Positions 25,514-37,654 of a DNA stretch of 64,000 bases are shown in pieces (within the stretch, counting starts at the first letter, position 1; each line of letters opens with the position of its first letter). Source of the stretch: Heterodontus francisci (lineage: Eukaryota); NCBI RefSeq assembly GCF_036365525.1, contig NC_090399.1:31404430-31468429 (forward strand). The letters are read 5' to 3'. The notes beneath the pieces are model-generated. The model was given only the letters and a program-made list of their open reading frames with translations. It was not told the origin of the DNA and ran no database searches. The position numbers were made by a program, and so were the translations under genes.

Positions 25514-25811
25514 GCATAAATCTGGCATTGCGAATCTGAAGTCAATGTAACTGCCCACACAGCCAACGTCTCCAAGGCGATAGGGCCTTTTAGCTGGGAC
25601 AAGGACAGCAGGAATAGCACAGAAGTTTCCAATGGAACAGCAGGGTACACAGGACGGATCTACAGACACGAAGAGGATTTATTTCATGCCAGAGATGCGT
25701 CTATGATCATAAAGGATGTTAGAGTGAAAGATACCGGGGTGTATTACTGCAAAGTGCGAATGATGCAACTGGGCAAGGAATATGGAGCAGCAACAAATTT
25801 CACTGTGAGAG
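25514..25811 (+). pseudogene. NKp30-like V exon 1: splice sites intact, internal frameshifting lesion
   Basis: tttccactAG|..INLALRI*, then in another frame HTANVSKAIGPFSWDKDSRNSTEVSNGTAGYTGRIYRHEEDLFHARDASMIIKDVRVKDTGVYYCKVRMMQLGKEYGAATNFTVR|GTAAGT. 298 nt; the first Cys region is lost. Confidence 0.9.
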
Positions 25812-26251
25812 GTAAGTGATTCTCCTGTCTGCAATGTCATGCGACCAGTGGGTGGAATATCTAGCCCCATAATGTTGTGCCTCTTTCTCCGACTGGCACC
25901 TTTGCCCACAACGGCTTCCATATGGTAAATTCCGATTGTGGAATTGTGTCCGCTGCCGGGGAGAGAAAATGTAATCATTTGAAATAACCGGTTACTGACC
26001 AGGAGTGAATTTGACTTGGCAAGAATGCAAAACAAGCCGGATAGCTTTTAGCGCCTCTTATACCACACATCTGATATTCCCTGCTACTGAAGTCAATTGA
26101 ACTGAATATAGGGCCCGTCCATGCCTAATTTCACTCCCATTTGTGTTTAAACAGCAGAAGAATCTGGTGAAAAGGGGGTATGGGATTGGCCGCCCATTGT
26201 ACCCAGAGCCTGATATTCAGCACCACTGCAGTCAATGATATGCAACCTCAA

Positions 26252-26563
26252 ATAAACACAAGAAATGCTGGAACCACTCAGCAGGTCTGGCAGCATCTGT
26301 GGAAAGAGAAGCAGAGTTAACGTTTCGGGTCAGTGACTCTTCTTCGGAACTGACAAATATTAAAAATGTCACAGGTTATAAGCAAGTGAGGTGGGGGTGG
26401 GGCAAGAGATAACAAAGGAGAAGGTGTAGATTGGACAAGGCCACAAAGCTGACCAAAAGGTCATGGAGCAAAGGCAAACAATATGTTAATGGTGTGTTGA
26501 AAGACAAAGCATTAGTACAGAAAAGGTGTTAACGGACTGAATATTGAATAGCAGCAAGTGCAA
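26252..26563 (-). mobile_element. Penelope pLTR fragment
   Basis: Closely matches 11895-12205. Confidence 0.9.
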
Positions 26564-26756
26564 AGGCTGTGTTTGCTGACAAGGCAACCACGAGATGGCG
26601 CAGCACTTGCACATGCGCAAATTCAGGCTCTTCAACAGGAACGTCGCTGTCTGCCACGTTCAGGCAGCTGCCAGGATTAAAGATGGCGCTGCTCAATTTA
26701 TCACAGGACATGCTGATAGCTAGACGGTTCCAGCAAACTAATCCCCCTTACATTAA

Positions 26757-27034
26757 CAAAAACAAGAAATGCTGGAATCACTCAGCAGGTCTGGCCGCAT
26801 CTGTGGAAAGAGAAGCAGAGTTAACGTTTCGGGTCAGTGACCCTTCTTCGGAACTGACAAGTATTAAAAATGTCACAGGTTATAAGCATGTCATAAACAT
26901 TCTGAAGAAGGGTCACTGACCCGAAACGTTAACTCTGCTTCCCTTTCCACAGATGCTGCCAGACCTGCTGAGTGATTCCAGCATTTCTTGTTTTTGTTTC
27001 AGATTTCCAGCATCCGCAGTATTTTGCTTTTATT
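26757..27034. mobile_element. Inverted Penelope pLTR pair with 13-bp TSD
   Basis: A minus copy is followed by a plus copy. CCCCTTACATTAA flanks the pair at 26744-26756 and 27035-27047. Confidence 0.9.
26897..26936 (+). ncRNA. Minimal type-I hammerhead ribozyme motif (Penelope pLTR)
   Basis: CTGAAGA-A-GGGTC-act-GACCC-GAAA-CG-TT: core boxes, a 5-bp stem II and the palindromic AACGTT stem III. Confidence 0.65.
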
Positions 27035-27884
27035 CCCCTTACATTAAGTTGGATGGAAGCCCAGGAATATGCTACTATGTAGTTATACAATACTAATGCA
27101 ATCCTCAGAGCCATTTATTATTCCTGTAATCCTATTAAATACAAAAGGAATTTTATGATTGAATTTCCATTAGAAGATAGTGAATTTGCACCCCGATCAA
27201 TGGAAAGGAAAATTGGGCAGAGTATAAATTGTGCTGCTAATTCATTATTCTGATTTGTTTATATGACTGACCAAGACTGATTTCACCCGAACTAGGCTAC
27301 TCACTCCCGCCCCATTGGCCGCTCTCCCCACCTGGCAACTCACTTTCTCCCCCTCATCCCCACCGGCCGCTATCCTGCTGACCCCCCCCCCCCTCCCCAA
27401 ACATCAGCTGCTCACTCCAGACCTTGCTGCACGCACCCACACCGCCCCCCACTTCATGGCCAATTGTTCCCCGCTCTCCGGTCTCGCGCTCACTTCCAGC
27501 CACCACCACCACCCCCCCCCTTCAGCCACTAGCTCTCGGCCCCCACCATTTCCCTCCTCTCAGCCACTCACTCCCACATTTGATCAGTCTCCACACGACA
27601 CCTAAAGAAGCAAGGCAGACAGCAAGCGGTGACAGGGTGACGTAGGCATGAGTGGCTGAAAGGAGGAAAGTGGCATGGCCTAGTGCTAGCGGCTGGAGGG
27701 GGTTGGCATGGAAGTGCAGAGTGAAGAGCCAGAGAGCGGGGTGGCGTGAAGTGAGGAACAATCAGCCAGGGGAGTGGGGGGAGCAGCGAGGTCTGGAGCG
27801 AGTGGCTGAGGGGAACAAGTGTCATGGCCTGGAGTTGCCGATGGGGGGAGGGCTCCAACCTCAAAGTCTCCCATTCCACCTGCT

Positions 27885-28180
27885 GAACTTGCAACCTCTA
27901 CCAACTAGAAGGAGCACAGCATCAAATGCATGGAAACACCACCACCTGCAAGTTCCCCTCCAAGTCAAACACCATCCTGACTTGGAACTATATCACCGTT
28001 CCTTCACTGTTTCTGGGTCAAAATCCTGGAACTCCCTTCCTAACAGCACTGTGGGTGTACCTACCTCACATGCACTGCAGCGTTTCAAGAAGGCCCCCAT
28101 CTTCTCAAGGGCAATTGGGGATTGGCAATGAATGCTAGACAGCCAGCAATGCCCACATACCATGATTAAATAAAAAAAAA
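27885..28180 (+). mobile_element. Family B LINE 3' tail
   Basis: Same tail as 4200-4572, ending in an A run. Confidence 0.8.
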
Positions 28181-28362
28181 TTCAGCCCCTTCCTCCTGCC
28201 GAGTGGGGGAGGGGGGAGTGCGGTGTGGACACCCGATGATGCTTAATTGCGCATGCACGATGATAGATCAGACGTTGGCGCTGCGAGATGACGTCATGCT
28301 GCGCATCCACTTCTTAGGCCTGGTGCCATGCAGCTGCGCATGTGCGCCACTTGACGCATCAC

Positions 28363-28445
28363 GAGCTCTGATGAAAGGTCACTGACCTGAAACGTCAACT
28401 CTGCCTCTCTCTCCCTAGATGCTGACATACCTGCTGAGTTTATCC
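28363..28445 (+). ncRNA. Hammerhead motif in a short Penelope pLTR fragment just upstream of V exon 2
   Basis: gagct-CTGATGA-A-AGGTC-act-GACCT-GAAA-CGTC-aactc, with a GUC cleavage triplet and imperfect stem I. Confidence 0.6.
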
Positions 28446-28529
28446 TTCATAACCGTTCCTGCATGGCTGTCTCAGGAAGCTCCAACCCGCAGTCATAAAA
28501 TAGCATTTTTTAATTTATTTGGTTTCTGG

Positions 28530-28862
28530 GAATTAACACCGAGTTCAGAGTTATTCAGAAGTTGCCGAGTATTCAGGCGGTGGAAGGGCATTCAGTGCTC
28601 ATCCCCTGTACCCACACAGTCAATGTGTCTATTGGGAAGGTGAGTTATAGCTGGTACAAGAATGCCAGAAATGGAACAGAAGTTTCAAATGGAGTAGCAG
28701 AATACAGAGGACGGATCTTTTGGCCCAAAGAAAAGGATTTTGTTAACGCTTCCATTGAAATAAAGGAGGTGAGAGTGAACGATTTCGGGATGTATTACTG
28801 CAACATGAAAATGAGAGGACACGACAAGAAATATGGAGCAGGAACATATCACACTGTGAGTG
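28530..28862 (+). CDS. NKp30/NCR3-like V exon 2: open frame, both splice sites degenerate
   Basis: INTEFRVIQKLPSIQAVEGHSVLIPCTHTVNVSIGKVSYSWYKNARNGTEVSNGVAEYRGRIFWPKEKDFVNASIEIKEVRVNDFGMYYCNMKMRGHDKKYGAGTYHTVS. C, W, YYC and GxGT are intact, and EVSNGVAEYRGRI resembles the human NKp30 EVRNGTPEFRGRL as I recall it. The acceptor position reads GG (28528-28529) and the donor reads GTccat. Confidence 0.85.
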
Positions 28863-29259
28863 GTCCATCATTATGTCTGCAATATCGTGCAACTGATGAG
28901 TGAGAGATCAGGCCGCACAATGTGGCTCTTTATCTAACTGGCACCACTGCCCAGAACGGCTGCCATGTGGCAAATTCCGATTGTAGAATTGTGTCTCCGC
29001 TGCCTCGAGGAGACAATTAAATCATTTAAAATAACTAATTACTGACCAGGTGCGAATTTGACTTGGCGAGAGTGCAAAACAATGGCCTTTAACAACTGTT
29101 ATACAACTCACCTGAAATTCAGCTCGACTAAGTCAATGGAACTGAATGTCAGTGGGCCGTATAATGGGCAACTGATGTCACATCACCTGTCTTGCATCGC
29201 TGCTGAACCGTCACGGTGGGTGAGGATGAGGCTAAATTACATAGCCCCCAAAAATACGC

Positions 29260-31010
29260 TCGTGATGCGCGATTGCCCCACGCCCACTCAATGTTCTGCA
29301 GGAATTATGCCAGCTTCCCGCTCCCGTCTCATTACCGAGTTTGTAGCATGCAGCTCGTGCCAAGCATGCTGTTGCAAGGCTGCACACCTCAGCAGCGGGC
29401 CCTACATTGTGAGGAGGTACCAGGAGTGAAAGCTTGCCTACACTCTTTAAATGGGAGGAACATTGAGGCTGGAACAGAAGGTGGAAGTCCTTGTACATCT
29501 CACTGTGACATGGAAAAAACGGAATAATGCCGCAACATGGGAGAAAGTGTATTCCAACTGTTCCCGGATGCTGTGTTGGAGACCTTGGGGGAGGAGGTGC
29601 AAAGGAGGAGATAAATTATGTATCCACAGCAGGCCAGGAGGCCTCTAGACAGCATCTCAGATGGCAGTGTACCCATTAGCTATGGCGATGAATGCCAGGG
29701 GTCCAGCCCCGAGGACCTGGATGTCATTCTGCAAATAATACAATGACCTCACATGAGTGGTCGAGGTGAATGAATTCATCTTCAAAGGCCATATCCCACC
29801 AACTTCACCATTACCGTCAAACACTGCTTAAAGCACCACAATCAGCGACCAACAATCTCTATCAGTCAGGATACTACCTAACATTCATAGCTGCACCTCA
29901 CCCTCAAAGACTTAACACGGCTGCATGCCTAACACCAACATCTCACAGCTTTAACACACTGCCAGCGATGACACTATGGCAGGTACATCGTCCAAACAGA
30001 TTGCACCCCATTCGTTGGCACAAATCCCTCTCTCTTGCAGGACAAGGTTGCACATAACCAGAGGCAGCAGGTGTTAACTGGCGGAGGGCAGGCCTGCCCA
30101 CATGACCTTACCCCATTGAGGAGATAGTGTTTGCCATCATTCGAGTTGTCATTGTTGACATTGAAGCCAGCCGTGGGGTTAAAACCATAGGCCATGATGA
30201 TATAATCATACCAAACCCACCTCCTCAAATCCCACTTCCCCTTCATCTCACAACCTCTCCTAATTTATAAGCTTCAGATGGTGTAAGCATGCAACTCTTG
30301 CTTTCCCACAACTTTACCCTTGTGCTTTTCTCCTTTCAGATACCTGAGTACTGTCACGTGTCCAGACAGCGATGAAAGAGCAAAACAACACCATCACTCA
30401 GTTTCACACTTGCAGTCCTCAACTCAGATACTGGCACTGCACAGAATTTATAGGATAGCATAGAGGTGGGGACTGGACTTGGTAAGATACCGGGCATGAG
30501 TACCCTGCAGCCAGGACAGGGAACACAGGTTGTGCAGGTGCTAACTCGCTGGAGGGTGAGGTTGCACATGAGTTCTGCAAAGGAAGCAGGTGAGCTGTTC
30601 GATGGGGCAGGGTACAGAAGAACGTTAATGGGTAGACGCAATGGAATTCTTCTAACCAGAAAGCCAGCATGCACTGCCAAGGAGTATGGAAGAGTCTGGC
30701 ACAAACTTTACACTGAGCTTTGCACAGAGCTTGGAACCCATCCTTTCCAAAATAAACTGGTGGCCAACTCCATTAGCACACCAGTGCACCGAACCATGAT
30801 GCAACGTCTGATGGCCAATGACTCAGCTTCAAGCAGAAGCCATCTAAATACTGAAGTAGAAACTCAGATTTCCATCATGTAAGCTGAGATTGCTGCCATG
30901 CAACCACAGACTGCTGCCCTCCTGACTGTGGACATGGGTGTTCAAAGGGGCTTGCAGGATGTCATCAGGTCAACAATCTGCCCTATAACAAATTACTAGG
31001 ATTACTCGAG
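29260..31010 (+). mobile_element. Harbinger-type Myb/SANT-like gene remnant
   Basis: Decayed LFPDAVLETL.EEVQRRR...AMNARGPAPRTW...YNDL exon, and a second exon after the acceptor at 30040 (DKVAHNQRQQVLTGGGQAC). Same layout as 47060-49088. Confidence 0.6.
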
Positions 31011-31267
31011 CTCGGGAAGGGGAGGGGGGTGGTTTGTGATGATGAGGATAGCGATGGCTCCTTGGCGAATGAACCTCATAACACCCAAAACTGCGTCCGA
31101 ACTTTGCACTGGACGGGGGGTGGGGGTGGGGTGGTGGAGGAAGGGGGAGGAAATTGGACTCTTCAGGAATGCGAAAGAGGCAGGTTGTATGTTTTGATAG
31201 CTGGTGAGTATTGTCATAAATCGGGATTTCACTTTGAAGGGTGGTCCTTCACAACCATTCCTGCAAG

Positions 31268-33065
31268 TTTTTTTTTAATTCATTCGTGGGATGTGGCATC
31301 GCTGGCTAGGCCAGAACTTATTGACCAACACTAATTGCCCTTGAGAAGAAGATGGTGAGCTGCCTTCTTGAACTGCTCCAGTCCTTGTCAGGCAGGTACA
31401 CCCACAGTGCTGTTAGGAAGGGAGTTCCAGGAGTTTGACAAAGTGACAGTGAAGGAGCAGCGATATCGTTCCAAGTCAGGATGGTGTGTGGTTTGGAGGG
31501 GAACCTGCAGGTGCTGGTGTTCCTATGCATCTGCTGCTCTTGTCCTTCTAGGTAGTAGGTGTCTCGGGTTTAGAAGGTGCTGTTGAGGAACCTAGTTGCA
31601 TAGCTGCAGTGCATCTTGTAGGTGGTACACTCTGCTGCCACTCTGCATCGGTGGTGGAGGGTATGAATGTTGAAGGTGGTGATGGGGTAGCAACAAACAG
31701 GCTGCTTTGTCTTGGATGGTGTCGGGCTTCTTAAGATTTGTTGAAGCTGCACCCATCCAGGCAAGTGCAGAGTTTTCCATCACACTCCTGACTTGTGCCT
31801 GGTAGATGGAGGACAGACATTGGGGAGAGAGGAGGTGAGTTTATCACTGCAGAATTCCCAATCTCTGACCTGCTCTGGTAACTACAGCATTTATATGGCT
31901 GATCCAGTTCAGTTTCTGGTCAATGGCTACACCCAGGATGTTGATCGTGGAGGAATCAGCGTTGCTAATGTCATTGCACGTCAAGGAGAGATGGTGTATG
32001 AGATCTCATGTATGAGATAGCCATTGCCTGGCACTGTGTGGCGCGAATGTAACTTGCCACTTATCAGCCCAAGCCTGGATGTTGTCCAGGTCTTTCTGCA
32101 TATGGACATAGGCTGCTTCAGTATCTGAGGAATTTTAATGGTGCTGAACATTGTGAAATCATCAGCGAACATCCCCATTTTAACCTTATGATGAAGCAAC
32201 TGAAGATGGTTGGGCCTAGGACACTACCATGAGGAACTCCTGTAGTGATGTCCTGGAACTTAGATGATTGACCTCCAACAGCCACAACCATCTTCCTTTC
32301 TGCTAGGTATGACTTCAGTCAGCAGAGAGTTTTTCCCCAATTCCCATTGACTCTAGTTTTGCTAGGGCTCCTTGATGCCATACTTGGTCAAATGCTGCCT
32401 TGATGTTAAGGGCACCCACTGTCGCCTCACCTCTGGGATTCATCTCTTTTGTCCATGTTTGGACCAAGGCTACAATGAGATCCAAAGCTGAGTGACCCTG
32501 GCGGAACCTAAACTGAACATCAGTGAGGAGGTTATTCCTGAGTAAGTGCTGCTTGATAGCACTATCGATGACACCTTCCATCACTTTACTCATGATTGAG
32601 AGTAGACAGATAGGGTGGTAATTGGCCAATTTTCCACATTGTCAGGTAGATGCCAGTGCTGTAGCTGTACTGGAACAGCTTGGCTCGGGGTACAGCTAGC
32701 TCTGGAGGACAAGTCTTCAGTACTAGTGCAGGGATTTTGTCAGGGCCCATAGCCTTTGCAGTATCCAGTGCCATCAGCCATTTCGTGCTATCACGTGGAG
32801 TGAATCAGAATGGCTGAAGACTGGCATCTCTGGTGTTGGGGAACTCAGGAGGAGACCGAGATAGATCATCAGTTGTTTAATTGTCCACCACCATTCACAC
32901 CTGAGCGTGGCAGGACTGCAGAGCTTAGATCTGATCCATTGGTTGTGGGATCGCTTAGCCCTGTCTACTGCATGCTGCTTCCGCTGATTGGCATGCAGGT
33001 AGTCCTGTGTTGTAGCTTCACCAGACTGACACCTCATTTTTAGGTATACCTGGTGCTGCTCATGC
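31268..33065 (-). mobile_element. Family B CR1-type LINE, 5'-truncated
   Basis: KAMGPDKIP, NYHPICLLSIMSKVME, AAFDQVWH and MFADD motifs plus the 3' tail. Confidence 0.9.
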
Positions 33066-33771
33066 TGGTGACTGTCTTTCAAATTTCTAATTGCCAGTCA
33101 GATCGCAGTGATGTTTACGTTTTTATACATAACATTGACAATTAGCTTGGATGTTTATGTAAAATTGGGACTGGAATTGGTCAGCATCACTGATCCTCAG
33201 TAACTAAATCTGGCTGGCACAATAACCTGTAGCACCGAGACAATGAGAGACACCCCCCTGTCCATCTCTTCAGCCCAGGTCTACTGCAGTGGCAATCACC
33301 CCTCTGCATTGGGGGACTAAACAAGCATTCCTCCACAAACTAGATGGTATAGTGGATGGGCAAATGTGCTCAGTGTTTCAATTATAAAATCAAGGAGAGC
33401 TTCGGAGCATATCAGCCATTTCACGTCTCTGTTCTGCTGTGTCTTATCTAGGGAAACAGCAGAAATATAGTTAATTTCATTCCTTTGCAAGTAAATGTTA
33501 AAATTCAGAGAGGATAATATGTATTTCATATGTTAGCCAGTGAACTATATGGTCCTTTTTTAGTTAAACCACTGGTTACCACCGTTTATTTGATTTCTCA
33601 CTAATGTCTGATTGTGTTGTTCACCTGGAAGTTCGTCAAGATTTCAGGACCCGATCCATTCTCAGCTGGGTAACTGAGTGCGGTCATTGTTAAATATTCG
33701 AGACAGGCGTCGCTCTTTTATTAAAAACGGCATGCCTCCAGGAAAATGCGCCTTGTTTCTTTTATTTTCTG

Positions 33772-34822
33772 GGATTGTTCCTCAGACTTTCTCGATTATT
33801 CAAAGTCAGCAGAGGATATGGAGGCACTGGTGAAGATGCAGAAGAGATTTACGTAATTACGCCAGATGGGCACTACTATCAGAAACGAGTCTGTGTCTCT
33901 TTTCTCTTGGAAACAGAAGGCTGAGGACGGGTCTTTAAAATTATGAAGGGGTTCGATAGGCTAGATGTTAAAAAGATGTTTCCACTTGTGAGGAAGTCCA
34001 AAACCGGGGGCCATAAATATGATTACATACTAATATATAGCAATTAATCCAGTAGGAAATTCAATAGAAACCTTTTCATCCACAGAGCGATGAGCTTGTA
34101 GAACTCACTATCACATTAATTTGTTAAGACAACTGACATAGGTGCATTTAAGGGAAAGTTAGATAAAGGAACAGAAGAATATGCAGATGAGATTAGATGA
34201 AGAGCGGCAGGATATGGCTCTTGTGGAGCATTTGTTTTTATTCGTTCTGGGATGTGGGCATCGCTGGCTAGGTCAGCATTTATTGCCCATCCTTAATTGC
34301 CCTTGAGAAGGTGGTGGTGAGCCACCTTCTTGAACCACTGCAGTCCACGTGGGGTAGGTACACCAACAGTGCTGTTAGGAAGGGAGTTCCAGGATTTTGA
34401 CCCAGTGACGGTGAAGGAACAGCAATAAAGTTGCAAGTCAGGATGGTGTGTGGCTTATAGGGGCACTTGCAGGTCGTGGTGTTCCCCTTCATCTGCTGCC
34501 CTTGTCCAGCTAGATGGTAGAGATCGCAGGTTTGGAAGGTATAACACTGGCACACAGCAAGCCTGTTTCCGTGTTGCAAGTTCAACCTATTAAATTCGGC
34601 ATTAATAAAATGGAAAGGCCGGTTACCAATCTGTTCCATATCTGTGTCAGGAGCGAGTACAAGGGGCTAGAACTTATGCACAGACCAAATAATGCAGTTT
34701 TGTGACAAAATATAGGAAATCTGGTATTTAGATTCTTACATTTTGAAATATATTCAGTTACAATGGAAACTGTTTTACCCAAGCATAACATAAAAGGCAA
34801 CAGCTACTCTTGGATGTGCGGG
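33772..34822 (+). pseudogene. Heavily decayed third V exon split by LINE insertions
   Basis: 33772-33818 reads IVPQTFSIIQSQQRI. 34541-34822 reads ITLAHSKPVSV/CKFNLLNSALIKW...EYKG...NNAVL...SGI*...GNS/LLDVR. Q, C and W spacing matches the other V exons. Confidence 0.5.
33813..34540. mobile_element. Family A LINE 3' end (+, about 33813-34230) and family B tail (-, about 34232-34540)
   Basis: Similar to 15900-16300 and to 31268-31580 respectively. Confidence 0.75.
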
Positions 34823-35220
34823 ACAATATCCGATTGGCTGAGCGAGAAATTCGTCACCCATCGATAAATACCTAAAAATGGACAACGTGTAAGAACCTGC
34901 TCTTTAGAATTCAATCATATACTTCGGATAACTTTAACTTGACTCGCCGGGCGGGAAATCCAGAGCGGTTGGAATGCCGGATTTGCACCCCGCCCAATAT
35001 TGCACTTCATTGCCCTCAATCAGACAGTAAGGTCAGCACTGCATCCGATTCTATCAATTTCCAGATGGGTAGATTAGGTTAAAATTGCCCCGTGATCTGT
35101 ATTGCTAATTCATTATCGACCATTTTGTGTTCCCGACCAAGACGAATTTTTACCCCAGAGTCAGGCAACAGCAGAGAGTAAGAATGATGCCGTTACCGAG
35201 TTTTGACTTGTTCTCCATAG

Positions 35221-35331
35221 GTTCTGTGGCTGAACCGAACACGGGACTGAGTGCAAACGCAGTTCTGTATATTGTACGAGGAGTTGTTGTCATCACAATG
35301 ATCATCAGTATTTTATTCTGGAGAATGGGAG
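35221..35331 (+). CDS. Stalk + TM exon with Arg (activating NKp30-type)
   Basis: ttctccatAG / 111 nt, phase 1-1 / GTaaga. It reads GSVAEPNTGLSANAVLYIVRGVVVITMIISILFWRMG. Confidence 0.85.
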
Positions 35332-36109
35332 GTAAGATTATTCAATATCTTTTCAGTAAATAGTCGACAGTTCTGAATTGAAACTGCTTTCTCTGAATGT
35401 TGCCATCATGGAAGCGACAGGTGTTAACACTGGATAGTACAACTCTCTCGTTCTACAGACGGATAACAGCGCATGCATATATTCACATTTGTCTGAAATT
35501 TCTTCGCCTCCACTTTAGAGGAGAAATTATCCAATTGAAAATAAATGGTTTAACACTTCCAGTAAAAAGCAGAGGGGGAAAAAATTCACACGAACACCTA
35601 ACACATTAAGCAGCCCAGGTGTAATTTCAGTCTGGAATCTCCCCACCTACACGGTACTTTTCCCCAACAATGCACTCCAGCAGCAACTTGAACGAACACT
35701 GTCTATTGTTTCCAGGTGACTTTTCCGTTGCCCACATTAGCTAGCATTGCACACTGTCTGGGTCACATTGCGACCTCAGGCGTAGAAGTTCATCTCGGGT
35801 CTTCGTGCTAACTGAATTGAATAGGTTGGTTGTTTGCTCCGCACAGAACCTGATACTCAGTTCCATTGCAGTCAATAGATATCAGACGCTATGTACAACA
35901 GGCAGCCAATCCGATATCGCCCACTTTCAGCCACTGCCTGAGATGAATTTCCAACCCGAATTGCCAAATTAGGAATTGCTTAATGTTATTTACTGTTTAA
36001 AACATTTCAATTTAGAAGTCACGTTATATTGTGTCTATATGAAACATTTGAAATACTAAGGTTAATATGGTTAATATGATTCTGCATTTTTGACTAGCTT
36101 GACGATTTT

Positions 36110-36275
36110 GGGGGAGACTGTGGCGTACTAGTACTGTCACTGACCTAGTGATCCAGAGGCCCAGGTTAGTGCCCTGAGGCCAAGAGTTCAATTCCCACTA
36201 CGACAGCTGAACAGCATTTAAATTTAATAAATAAATTCAATATATTAAAGGAAAATCAGTCATGGTGCCATCGAT
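36110..36275 (+). mobile_element. tRNA-derived SINE head (degraded)
   Basis: A-box-like gtggcgtactagt and B-box-like gagttcaattccc. Confidence 0.55.
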
Positions 36276-37654
36276 TGCATTTCCATGACTGATTCTGGAG
36301 ACAGACTGCACAAGTTCTTAAATATCTCAGTCACACGTGTGATGTTCTTTCGTTGTTTTATCTTTTGATTTCTTAGTTTTTCCTGGCCAATTAGTCCTCA
36401 CTGCTTGTATACACCAAAGTTAAATGGAAATTTTAATCATTTTCTGTAAGACGGTATTTTGGTGATTCATAGTCTCATTAGAGAACATTAGCAATTAATT
36501 AACTAGTAATTTCCTAGAGGAAAGAGGCTGACAGGGAGATTTAATAGAAGTGTTCAAAATCAGGAAGGGTCTTTAATATAGTCCACTGAGAGCCGAGTCG
36601 ATAACAAGAAGACACAGATTTCAAATAACTGACTAAAACAGCCAGGGGGAGATGAGAAGATTTTTCTGTACTCAATGTTGATCAGATCTGGAATGCAGAA
36701 TACAAACACACTGACTATTTCACAAAGGGTAAGTCACTTATTTTATAACCTGGGTTCTTTTAAATTGATAGAAGGAAATATAAGGGCAGATGTCCTTGTT
36801 CTCGTGTCTTGGGCTATTGGATCGCCTGAGCACAGAGGGTAAAGGAAAACTGAGGGTGGAAGAGCACACATTCGAAGAAGAGCCTCATTCCACCGGGCCA
36901 CCTCGGCCCACCTCCACAACTCCCCCCTCCCCACCTCTCCCCCCCGCACCCCGCCCCTGCTCCCGTCCCCACGACCCTTCCTTGCCGCCCGTCGCCACCT
37001 CCAGATTGCCCGAGTCCAGGTGCTGGGACAGAAAGATTGTGCCCCTGTTTGAACTCCTGCTCACTGTCTGACCCCAGTCAGAAGCATGATGGTCCGGATA
37101 AGCTACTAGAGAGCTGTCCATGGAAGGATATTCCAGCTAGATGGAAACTGATAGAATACGAGAAGGAAGCAAGGGGGGGGGGGGGGGGCGGGGGGCGCAG
37201 GTATCAACTACAGGGCAAGACTGTATGAAAAAACATAATAATAATGTTGCGTCAATTATATTTGCAGCAGTTCGCAGCATCTGCCCTTCATTTGGAGTGA
37301 AGAAGGTTCGTACACAGCGGTTTTGATATTTTTTGTTGTGGAATATTAATGTGAAGCAAAGTATCATGGACTTCAAAGAAATAGATTACCATATGCGTTA
37401 GTCATTGATGCCGGTGCTGGGGTGAATAAAATGCTCCAAAAAACAGTGCTGGCCTTACAGGTAAACAGCAGTGCCATTTATAGTTTGTATTTGTTGAGTG
37501 AGGAAGGGGTTAAGCTGGTGGGTGCATTAAAAATTAAAACAGTCTCTGCCAGCTCCATCATTGTCACGTGCAGAGTAGAGCTCCCTCCCGAAGTATCATG
37601 ACCATAAGGTGATGATTCGAGTTTAGCTGGCATCAAAGTTACCAATCATGATCT

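Noticed and set aside
25801-28858. CACTGTG (RSS heptamer) at the ends of V1 (25801) and V2 (28852)
   Set aside because: It is the coding sequence of the final Thr-Val, I saw no matching nonamer, and the exons are already VJ-joined. These are not rearranging Ig/TCR segments.
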